From assembly GCA_965197385.1 (NCBI GenBank), contig CBDANA010000008.1, positions 31,717 to 95,716 on the forward strand: 64,000 nt of DNA, read 5' to 3'. The notes under the pieces are model-generated. The model did no database searches. It was not told the origin of the DNA and saw only the letters and a list, made by a program, of their open reading frames with translations. This DNA comes from Vicinamibacterales bacterium. Its GTDB lineage: Bacteria; Acidobacteriota; Vicinamibacteria; Vicinamibacterales; UBA823. Positions 34,444-43,662 of the stretch are shown here, one piece after another; the first letter of the stretch is position 1, and each line of letters opens with the position of its first letter. Both the position numbers and the translations under genes were made by a program.

Positions 34444-36146
34444 CCGCCGCGCCGCCAGCCTGCTCGATCGGCATCGATTTCGGCACGGCGTCGTGTCGCG
34501 CTGTGGTCGTCGCAATGGCAACCGGCCGCCAGCTGGCGACGGCCGTGGCGGACTTCCCGCACGGCGTCATCGACCGCCAGCTCCCGCAGGGCCGGGTGGC
34601 GCTGGGCGCCGACTGGGCGCTGCAGCATCCCGGAGACTACCTCTCGTCGATGTCGGCCGCCGTCACGGCGGCGCGCGCCGCAGCCGGTGTGCCGCCCGAG
34701 GCCATCGCCGGACTCGGCATCGACTTTACCGCCTCGACCGTCCTGCCGATTGACGCCAAGCACCAGGCCCTGTGTCTTGGCGACGACTTCGCCGACCGGC
34801 CCCATGCCTGGGTCAAGCTGTGGAAGCATCATGCCGCGCAGCAGCAGGCCGACCGGATCAACGCCGTGGCGCGGGAGCGGCGCGAGCCGTTTCTGGCGGA
34901 CTACGGCGGCCGGACGTCATCGGAGTGGCTCGTCGCCAAGACACTGCAGATTCTCGACGAGGACCCGGAGATTTACGAGGCCGCCGCCGGCATCGTCGAA
35001 GCGGCGGACTGGGTCGCGGCGCAACTGACCGGCACGCTAGTCCGGAACGCCTGCGGCGCTGGCTACAAGGGGTTTTGGAGCCGGGCGCACGGATTCCCCT
35101 CTGAGGAGTTCTTCGCCGCACTCGATCCGCGGCTGCGTCACGTCGTGCGCGACAAGCTCCCCGGCGAGATCCTACCGCCCGGCAAGCGGGTGGGCGGCCT
35201 GACGGCGGACTGGAGCGATCGGCTGCAGCTGCCGGCCTGCCTGCCAGTCGCGGTGCCGATCATCGATGCGCACGCCGCCGTGCTCGGCGCCACCGTTGTC
35301 TCGCCCGGCCGGATGGTGGCCGTGCTCGGCACGTCCGCCTGTCACATGCTGCTCGCGGAGCATCATGCGCCCGTCGAAGGCGTCGCCGGTATCGTGCGGG
35401 ACGGCATCGTCGAGGGGCTCTACGGCTACGAAGCCGGTCAGGCAGCGGTGGGCGACATCTTCGACTGGCTGGTCGGGCTGACCCTGCAGACGACCGCCGG
35501 CCGGGACGACCGTGCCCAGACCTTCGCCAGGCTCGAACAGGAGGCGGCACTCGCCCCGCCAGGCGGGAACGGCCTCATCGCGCTGGACTGGTGGAACGGC
35601 AACCGGTCCGTCCTCGCCAACGCCGATCTCTCCGGCCTGCTCGTCGGCCTGACCCTGCAGACGACTGCCGGCGAGCTGTATCGCGCCTTGATCGAGGCGA
35701 CCGGGTTCGGCACGTGCCGGGTGCTGGAGGCATTCGAGGCGGAGCAGATTCCGGTGGCCGAGCTCATCGCGACGGGCGGGCTCGCCGAGCGTAGCCCACT
35801 CCTGCTGCGTATCTACGCCGACATCACGCAGCGGCCGATCCGGCTGGTGACTTCACCGAACGCGTCGGCACTCGGCGCGGCGATTCTCGGGGCGGTGGCG
35901 ACTGGACCGAAACGGGGCGGCTACGACTCGCTCGAGGCCGCCGTCGAGCAGATGGCTGGCCTGGGTGAGAAGACCATCCAACCGGACGTCGCCGCCGGGC
36001 AGATCTACGACGACCTCTATCGGGAGTACCTGGAGCTGCACGATCACTTCGGACGCGGCGGCACCGGTCTCATGTCACGGCTACGAAGGCACCGGGAGCC
36101 ACCACACGTGGGCGGTTCCCCCAAATACCGGCGCAGCGCCCCGTAG
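34440..36146 (+). CDS. araB: Ribulokinase (FGGY family)
   Basis: ORF 34380..36146 with the ATG at 34440 overlapping the upstream stop. ..[78 protein letters not shown].. About 568 aa. Confidence 0.85.
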   Translation: MTAAPPACSIGIDFGTASCRAVVVAMATGRQLATAVADFPHGVIDRQLPQGRVALGADWALQHPGDYLSSMSAAVTAARAAAGVPPEAIAGLGIDFTASTVLPIDAKHQALCLGDDFADRPHAWVKLWKHHAAQQQADRINAVARERREPFLADYGGRTSSEWLVAKTLQILDEDPEIYEAAAGIVEAADWVAAQLTGTLVRNACGAGYKGFWSRAHGFPSEEFFAALDPRLRHVVRDKLPGEILPPGKRVGGLTADWSDRLQLPACLPVAVPIIDAHAAVLGATVVSPGRMVAVLGTSACHMLLAEHHAPVEGVAGIVRDGIVEGLYGYEAGQAAVGDIFDWLVGLTLQTTAGRDDRAQTFARLEQEAALAPPGGNGLIALDWWNGNRSVLANADLSGLLVGLTLQTTAGELYRALIEATGFGTCRVLEAFEAEQIPVAELIATGGLAERSPLLLRIYADITQRPIRLVTSPNASALGAAILGAVATGPKRGGYDSLEAAVEQMAGLGEKTIQPDVAAGQIYDDLYREYLELHDHFGRGGTGLMSRLRRHREPPHVGGSPKYRRSAP

Positions 36147-36321
36147 ATCGCTTTCTTCCGCTATTTCGGGATGAAGACCACGTGACACTGACAGGCCCAT
36201 TTCGTGCGGTTTAGACTACGGTAGTTCGTCATGGGGACTCCCTTTCGTGATGCTTTGGCGGCTCACGTGGGGCAGTTCCTCATTTCATTCCCGGCCGCAC
36301 GAGGTCGGACATGTCGCTCGT

Positions 36322-37611
36322 CTACCGGACGTAGCCGAGCGAACGGAGGGTTTCCATGCCTTCCTCGCTCAGTCCCGGCACCTCACCGGCCGACACCGCC
36401 GTTCGCGGTTCGCGCAGCGCCTGTCCCAGTAGGGCGGCAAGGCATAGCGATGTGTCGAGCTCTACGGAAACGAGGTTCGTCGTTTCGCCGGGATCGGCGG
36501 TGAGGTTGTACACTTCCGGTCGGGCCAGGTCGTCGCCTCGTACAATGACCTTCCACCCGAGCGTGCGGTACGCATAGGCGGGCCGCTCGCCGACGGATCG
36601 CGCGACCACCGATCGCCTGACCTCGTACGTCGCTGGGGCCAGAAGGTCCGATCCCGTTAGAGGTCGATCGGGCTCGAGTCCTACGTAGCCGAGCACCGTC
36701 GGTAGGACGTCGGCGAGCGTCACCAACGCCTCGGTGTCCACCGATTCCGGAACGACACCGCCGGGCAGGCGCTGGATGAACGGAATCCCGAGCATCTCGT
36801 CGTAGACGGTCGTGTTGTGGCCCATGCGGCCATGTTCCTCGAACGCTTCACCATGATCGGACAGCACGATCACCATCGTCTGATCCCACCGGTCGCGCCG
36901 CCGTAAGGTCTCCAACACTTGACCCACCGCATCGTCACCCATGCGCAGGTTACCGTCGTAGAGCGACACAATGTGGTTCAGATCGGCCGCGCCCGGCTGC
37001 AGCTCGCCCTGATTGATCGCGCGTACCGTCCGCAACAGGCCGGTGTACGGTCCAGCGTAGTCGGCGTCGGTGAAGATGTCGAACTCCTCCGTGGGTTCAT
37101 ACGGCAAATGGGGAGGGACATAGTGCAGCATCAGGAGCAGCGGCTGATCGGAGTCCTAGAGGAGGTGTTCGTTGGCCAGCGCCGACAGCCGGTGCGGGTT
37201 GTTCCATTCCTCGTGCTGCCGTCCATCCGGCCCGCGCCACAGTTCGTGAAACTCGTCGCAGCCTTGATCAGTGCCGGAGGCGACCGAGTGGTTCGCGTTC
37301 GCTGTGTAGCAGACCGTTCGGTATCCGACGTCTTGGAGGTACTCGGCCAAGGTGCGGGCATCGTCGCCCAGGACCCGATCCTGGGAGATCACCTCGTGCT
37401 CGTCGAACGACAATCCCGTGATCATCGTGGGCACCGATGAGCGGGTGTACGGCGTCGATGCGAACGCGTGGCGGAAGACGAGGCTCTCGGTGGCCAGATC
37501 GTCGATGTACGGCGTCGTATCACGTCCGTAGCCATACACGCCGACGTGATCGGCTCGGGCAGCGTCCAGCAAGATCACGACGATATCGGGCAGCGCTTCG
37601 GTCCCTGACAC
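36322..37611 (-). pseudogene. Sulfatase-family hydrolase interrupted by an in-frame TAG (37156-37158)
   Basis: ORF 37156..37611 (..IVVILLDAARADH..FASTPYTRSSVPTMITG..) ends ..ANEHLL*. The same frame continues DSDQPLLLMLHYVPPHLPY... into ORF 36322..37131 (..VLSDHGEAFEEHG..GHNTTVYDE..). Confidence 0.8.
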
Positions 37612-37643
37612 GGACCGCGCGACTGATTCGCGGGCGGCAGCAT

Positions 37644-37925
37644 CCGAGCCGGTGGAGCAAGGAGTTTCTCGAGGCCGGCAAGAAGCGTCTTGTCGGCGAT
37701 ACGAGCCGTGAAGCGACGGCCCCCGAGGTCACCGATCTGCGCAAGGAGAATAGCCGCCTGAAGCAGCTCGTGGCCGAGGTCGTCCTCGAAAACCGCCTGC
37801 TCAAAAAAAACGTGACGGGCTCCGACTCGGGAGACGACACGTGCGACTGACGGCGGCCGAGAAGGCCGAAGTCATTCGCTTGGTCGAAGGCTCAGACCCA
37901 GCAGTCTCGGGTCGAAGGAATTCTA
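37644..37925 (+). pseudogene. IS3-family-like transposase remnants (end of OrfA plus first ~25 codons of OrfB)
   Basis: ..HPSRWSKEFLEAGKKRLVGD......VTDLRKENSRLKQLVAEVVLENRLLKK.. is a leucine-zipper OrfA tail. It is followed by the overlapping VRLTAAEKAEVIRLVEGSD.. and is then degenerate. Confidence 0.6.
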
Positions 37926-38059
37926 TCTGGCCGATGGCGGGGAGGAAAAGTTCCGAAGGAGCTCGCCAGGACCTGCGACATCGTAACGGATGGCGGGCCT
38001 GACGCTTAATCCCAAACTCCACCGTTCATCGGTCGAGTGTGTTGCGCGCGCTGCGGCGG

Positions 38060-38320
38060 ACGGGATATGTGTTTTAAAAAAACGTCCGCGGCCTGCCTGG
38101 GCCGCACCCAACTGATCATCGTCAAGTTGTCTCCGCGGGTCGACCACCACGGTCCCCCGCGGGACCCACGCGTGCGACCGGCCCATCGCCAGATTCGCGC
38201 CCGGTTTATCCACAAATACGAGCCGCGCGGGATCTACCTGCACGACCCACTGGCAGAACGGGTGACGCGGCTTCTGCCAGGCATGCCCCGGCGAGTGCCC
38301 ACCGGGGTGCACCTTTCGTT
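38060..38320 (-). pseudogene. IS630-family transposase remnant (frameshifted fragment around the first catalytic Asp)
   Basis: ..DPARLVFVDKPGANLAMGRSHAWVPRGTVVV.. matches the ..lvF.DEsG.n..m.r.ygWa.rG.. block. It continues in another frame as ..GDNLTMISWV... Confidence 0.55.
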
Positions 38321-38358
38321 TGCCGGACTTCCAGGCGTCCGGTAGCATTGCGGCGGGC

Positions 38359-38934
38359 ATGGCTGCTACATCCTCGCTCTCGCTCGACGACCGCGCGTTC
38401 ATCACCCAGTTGGACGGGGCCGTTCAATGCCCGACCGTCCCCGATACCGTCCGGAACGTCAAATCCCTGCTCGAAGAGACGTTCCACCGGAGCCTGCGGC
38501 TCGCCGACCGCTATCGGCAGCCGCACCCTGAGCGCTACGCGCGCCGCCTCCTGCACCGAAATCCCGACCTGGGCTATACGGCCGTCGTCATGACCTGGGG
38601 CCCAGGCCAGCGCACCGGTTTGCACGACCACGCCGGCATCTGGTGCGTCGAGGTCGTGGCCGAGGGCCGGATGCAGGTGATCCGTTACGACCTGGAGCGT
38701 GAGGTGGCCGGCGTCTACGCATTCGCAAAGCAGGACGAGATCGACGCGCGCGTCGGCGATGCCGGATCGCTGATCCCGCCGTTCGAATATCACGTCCTCG
38801 CCAACGCGCAGCCGGACGCCACGTCGATCACCTTGCACGTCTACGGCGGCCAGATGGACCGGTGCAACCTCTATGTGCCGCGAGGCGACGGCACGTACGA
38901 GCGGCAAGACCGCGCCTTGTCCTACGACGACTGA
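38359..38934 (+). CDS. Cysteine-dioxygenase-type-I-like cupin
   Basis: ORF 38320..38934, probable start MAATSS (38359). ..YARRLLHRNPDLGYTAVVMTWGPGQRTGLHDHAGIWCVE.V..G.....Y......HVL.N.....S.TLHVYGG.. shows the cupin His motifs of CDO-like proteins. Confidence 0.6.
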   Translation: MAATSSLSLDDRAFITQLDGAVQCPTVPDTVRNVKSLLEETFHRSLRLADRYRQPHPERYARRLLHRNPDLGYTAVVMTWGPGQRTGLHDHAGIWCVEVVAEGRMQVIRYDLEREVAGVYAFAKQDEIDARVGDAGSLIPPFEYHVLANAQPDATSITLHVYGGQMDRCNLYVPRGDGTYERQDRALSYDD

Positions 38935-38939
38935 CACCC

Positions 38940-39191
38940 TCACCCCTTTTCGACCCACCGCTCGCTCGGCAACGACATGAGCGCGTAGCGGCGGCGCAGC
39001 TGGAACACCCTCCCGGCGTAGTCCTGTTTCGGAAAACTGCCGCGGACCATGGCGGCGCGCAGCGATCGCAGCTCGTAGAGGTAGAGCGCCGTCACCTGAT
39101 CCTTAACCAGCGCCGCCGGCGTGGACGACGCCGGCCGCAGCCCATGCACCGCGAGCGCGGCGAGAACGTTTGGGCGGTAGGAGGGTGACAT
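38940..39191 (-). CDS. Hypothetical small protein (83 aa)
   Basis: The composition is coding-like, but I recognise no motif. Its start abuts the terminator hairpin, so expression is uncertain. Confidence 0.3.
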   Translation of the reverse strand: MSPSYRPNVLAALAVHGLRPASSTPAALVKDQVTALYLYELRSLRAAMVRGSFPKQDYAGRVFQLRRRYALMSLPSERWVEKG

Positions 39192-39215
39192 AAAAAAAGG
39201 GGTCAGACCCCTTTT
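39192..39215 (-). terminator. Rho-independent terminator downstream of the aldolase gene
   Basis: The minus-strand RNA GAAAAGGGGUCUGACCCCUUUUUUUAU has the stem AAAAGGGG/CCCCUUUU, the loop UCUGA and a trailing U-run, 33 nt after the stop at 39249. Confidence 0.65.
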
Positions 39216-39248
39216 CTAGGAACGCGCCCGCCGGCCGCGAGGCTGCGG

Positions 39249-40259
39249 TCAGGCGAGCGCGTCGGCCGACGCCGCGCCGTAGGCAGCAAACCAGGGACTT
39301 GCCGCCCTGAGCCGGTCGTTCACGTTGCCGATGTTCTTCACGCCCTCATCTTCGAGCCAGCTCCGGAACGCCGCCACCCCCTGCTTTGCGTAGACCGGAA
39401 TCCCTTCCTTCCAGGTCGCCCGGCCGCACAGGACACCGGAGAACTTCACGCCCGACTCGGCCGCCAGCTCCAGCGCCTCGGTGAACTCGGCGTTGCTCAC
39501 GCCGGCCGACAGGTAGATGAACGGCTTCGTCGCAACCGCGGCGGCGGCACGGAAATGGTCGAGCGCGTCGTCGCGCGAGTAGGCCTTCGTGCCGGCAAAC
39601 GCCTTGGCGCCCTCGACGCACTTCATGTTGACCGGCACCTCGACCTTCATGACGTCCACGCCGTAGCGGTCCTTGGTGAACTCGACCATGCTCCGCGTCA
39701 CGACGTCCGGCTTGATCTTGGCGTAGTCCGGTCCTTTCTCATCACCGCCCGCCGGATCGTAGCCGACCGGCTCGAGGAAGAACGGGATGTCGCAGGCGCG
39801 GCACTCGTCGCCGATCCGCTCGATGAACGCCAGCTTCTGCTCGTTCACGTCGGCGGCCTCGAACGGCGTGTAGTACAGCAGGATCTTGATGCAGTTCGCC
39901 CCCTGCTCCTTCAGCCGGCGCACCGACCAGCCGGGCAGCAGGCTGGGCAGCCGCCCCGGCTGGGTGTTGTCGTAGCCGCTCGCCTCGTAGGCCAGCAGCA
40001 GCCCCGCGTCCTTGGCGCGCTGCTTCGACGCTTCGAGCCCCCACTGCGGATCGAGCAGAATCGCGCTGGCGTGGCCGGTCAGCACCTCGGTCACCGTCGC
40101 CTTGAACTCGCGCATCATCGCGTCGCTGACGTCGCTGCCTTTTTCCTTGGCCAGCGTCTTCTGCAGCGAGCCGCGCTGATCCATGGCGGCCGCCGCGATG
40201 ACCCCCCGCCGGTCCGAGACCGCCTTCATGCCAGCCAGCTTTCCCGGTGTCATCTTCAC
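39249..40259 (-). CDS. Class I tagatose-1,6-bisphosphate aldolase (LacD family)
   Basis: 336 aa; ..GVIAAAAMDQRGSL..ILLDPQWG..LLLAYE.SGYD..KILLYY..FFLE.V.YD..VDV.KVEVP.. is the LacD-family pattern. Confidence 0.75.
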   Translation of the reverse strand: MKMTPGKLAGMKAVSDRRGVIAAAAMDQRGSLQKTLAKEKGSDVSDAMMREFKATVTEVLTGHASAILLDPQWGLEASKQRAKDAGLLLAYEASGYDNTQPGRLPSLLPGWSVRRLKEQGANCIKILLYYTPFEAADVNEQKLAFIERIGDECRACDIPFFLEPVGYDPAGGDEKGPDYAKIKPDVVTRSMVEFTKDRYGVDVMKVEVPVNMKCVEGAKAFAGTKAYSRDDALDHFRAAAAVATKPFIYLSAGVSNAEFTEALELAAESGVKFSGVLCGRATWKEGIPVYAKQGVAAFRSWLEDEGVKNIGNVNDRLRAASPWFAAYGAASADALA

Positions 40260-40372
40260 CTGACGTCTCCTGTCTCGCTGTGCCGCGCCCGATCGGCTAG
40301 AGCGTTTGTCCGCCGGCTTTCGGCGCGGCTGTCTGCCCGAGCCGCTATTGTAGTCGCTCGGCGGCTGGCCGA

Positions 40373-43300
40373 CTACCGCCGCGCGTCCGCATCCTGACGG
40401 AGAATGATGGCCGGCACGCCCTTGCTCCGCACCAACTCGTTGAAACGGGGCAGCTCCGTGGCCAGCGTCACCTCGGCCTGCTCGAGCAGTTCCGCAAGAC
40501 CGGGCTGAATGTCCGCGAACCGCTCCCGGGTCCCGGCGGAGGGACGCCGGTCGGCCCCGGCCACGTTGTTGTACAGCGCGACGAACTGATTATCCAGGCG
40601 CCCCGGAAAATTGAGGGCGTCCTGACCCTCTTCACCCTCCAGCTGGGTCAACTCGCCCTCGATCGCCGTGAGCCGCTCACTCAACGCCGCGGCGGCGGCG
40701 GCCACGTCATCGCCGTGGCCGGCCCGCTCCAGGCGCTCGCCGATGTCGGTCGCCTGCGATTTGACCTCCCGCAGTCGGCGCAGCTCCGCGTAGAGATCGG
40801 CGATACGAAGCCCCACCGCCCTGGCCAACTCCAGCTGCTCTCGGTACTCCGCCTGCGTCGTCTCCAGGCGCGGATCGCCCCACACCTCGAACGACTGCGT
40901 GTCGCTCCAGTCACCCATCGTCGCCCGCACCTGGTACCGGCCCGGCACGACGCGCGGCGCGCCCTGGGATCGGTCCCACATGACGATCCCCTCTGAAATC
41001 TTGAACAGCGACGCATAGCGAGCGTTCCACGACACCTTGTTCAAGCCGTCGCTCAGCGTCACGGCGTCGGGATCGTCGTCGGCCGCCTCCCCGCCTTCAT
41101 CCTCGTCTTCTGCGCGGCCCGTGTAGCTGCGCACCACTTGGCCGGCCTCGTCGAGGATGTCGATCGTCACCTCAACCTCACTGTCCGTCGCTTCGTCCAG
41201 ATACAGGAAGATGGACGCAGGGCCGGCGCCGCTGCGGTACACGTCGGCCGGCGCGAACAGGCGCGGGCCGTCGACCGCGACGCCCGGCTCGAGCTGCCGG
41301 ACCACGGCGAGATCGTCGAGCACCCAGAAGGCGCGTCCCTGTGTCGCGACGATGAGGTTGCTCTGGTGCACCGCCAGGTCGGTCACCGGCGTCACCAGCA
41401 GGTTCAGCTGCAGCGGCTGCCAGTGCGCGCCGTCGTCGAAGGAGACGTACAGCCCGAACTCGGTACCGGCGTAGAGCAGGCCGCGTCGCCCTGGATCCTC
41501 CCGTACGACGCGCACGAACTGATCGGCCGGAAGGCCGTTGTCGCCGTCGGTGAGACGCGCCCAGGTGGGGCCGTAGTCGTTCGTCTGAAAGATGTAAGGT
41601 GCAAAGTCGTCCTGCCGGTACCGATAGACGGCCACGTGCGCCCGTCCCGCATCGTGGCGCCGACAGATCGACCACGTTGACGACGCCAAACTCGGGCATC
41701 CCCGGTGGCGTGATCTCGGTCCACGCGCCACCGCCATCCCGCGAAAGATGAATGCGCCCGTCGTCGGAGCCAGCCCACAGCAATCCAGCCGCGTGGGGTG
41801 ACTCCTCGAACGCGAAGATCGTGCCGTAGACCTCGACGCCGGTGTTGTCGCGCGTGATGCCACGACCGCCTGAATAGTCCTGCTTCGTGCCATCGTCGCG
41901 GGTCAGGTCTGGGCTGATGACCTCCCAGCGGTGTCCGCCGTCGCGCGTCCGGTGCACGACCTGCGAGGTGTGGTAGACGACATCCGGATCGTGCGGGGAA
42001 ATCCGGATCGGCGCGTTCCACTGGAACCGGTAGGTCATGTCGACCGCGCGCTGGCCGGTCTGCAAGTCCGGATAGGCGCGGATGTTTTCGAGAATCCGCG
42101 TGCGGACGTTCATCCGGGTGATGGTGCCGCCGTAGCTCCCAGCGAAGACGATGTCCGGATCTCTCGGATCCACCGCCATGTGCCCGCTCTCTCCGCCGCC
42201 CACCGAATAGAAGTTGCCGGGGCCCCAGCTCGCAACCAACACAGTGCTGTTGTCCTGCTGGGCGCCGTAGACGCGGTACGGGAACTGGTTGTCCGCCGTG
42301 ACGCGGTAGATCTCGGCGGTCGGCTGATTCACCTGCGTCGACCAGGCCTGCCCCCGGTGAGCGACACGTTCGCGCCGCCGTCGTTCGCATTGACCATCAC
42401 CGCCGGATCGTCGGGATTGATCCACAAGTCATGGTTGTCCCCATGTGGCACGGCGATCTGGTCGTAGGTACGGCCTCGATCCGTGGACTTGTAGAGCGCG
42501 GTATTGAGTGCGTAGACCGTATCCGGATCGTTCGGATCGGCGTAGATGTGGATGTAATACCAGGCGCGCTGCAACAACTTCCGCTCGCCATTGACGCGCT
42601 CCCAGGTGTCACCGGCGTCGTCCGACCGATACATGCCGCCCCGGTCGTCGGCCGCCTCGATGAGCGCCCAGACCCGCTCCGGATTCGCTGGGGACACCGC
42701 CACCGCCGTTTTCCCCACCATGACGTCGGTCGGCAGCCCGCCCTCGAGCCGCGTCCACGTGTCGCCGCCGTCGGTTGTCCTGTAGATCCCGCCGTCCATG
42801 CTGCCGCTGTCTATCGACCAGGGGGTGCGCCGCGCCGCCCACATGCCGGCGTAGAGCACTCGAGGATTCGACGGATCCATCGACAGATCGACGGCGTCGG
42901 TCTGGTCGCTCACCGCCAGGACGTGCTCCCAGGACTCCCCGCCGTCCTTCGACCGGAAGACGCCGCGCGGCGCGCTCGGACCGAAGAGGTTGCCGAGCAC
43001 GGCGACGTACACCAGATCGTGGTTCGTCGGATGGACCCGGATCTTTCCGATTTGGCCGGCCTCGGGCAGGCCGGCATGCCGCCAGGTCTTGCCGGCGTCG
43101 GTCGAGCGGTACATTCCGACGCCGGGCGATACATTGCCGCGGGGGCAGGCCGACCCGGTCCCGACGTAGATGACGTTCACATCGGAGTCCGCGACGGCGA
43201 TCGCCCCGATCGACCCGGCCTCGAACGCCTCGTCGGAGACCGGGATCCACGACTGGCCGGCATCGACCGTCTTCCACACGCCACCACCGGTCAAACCGAA

Positions 43301-43552
43301 GTAGTAGACCAGGGGCTGCCCCCGGACGCCGGTGACTGCCGTCGACCGTCCACCACGCGAAAAATCGAGCTGACGATACTCGAGCGTGTCGAACAACGCC
43401 GGATCGACCGTGATGTGACGCGCCGCCTCGGGTGCGCGCGGCCGAGCGCCGAGTGGGACGGGCGCAGCGATCGCACTCCCCACCAGGACGAGGACTGCCA
43501 GCAGGATCCCGCTGAACGTTCCGACCGCGGATGATGACGATGACCAGGACAT
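40373..43552 (-). pseudogene. Large secreted sortilin/BNR-repeat (VPS10-like) protein broken into three ORFs by two frameshifts
   Basis: ORFs 42329..43615, 41178..42425 and 40373..41893 each carry one consecutive third of a single ~1060 aa protein (..GGGVWKTVDAGQSW.., ..YRSTDAGKTW.., ..TTDGGDTW.. / ..QPTAEIYRVTADNQFPYRVYGAQQDNSTV.. / ..YRYRQDDFAPYIFQTNDYGPTW..). The shifts are at the C5 run 42351-42355 and near 41655-41662. Confidence 0.85.
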
Positions 43553-43662
43553 ACCCACACTCCCTGCGAAATGGTCGGCCCGCGCGAGAGGCCGACTATA
43601 CCCGCAGCCCCGCACGGCCGCCGCTGCGTGTCATCGCGGCTCGCCATGGTACTCTGTCCGAG

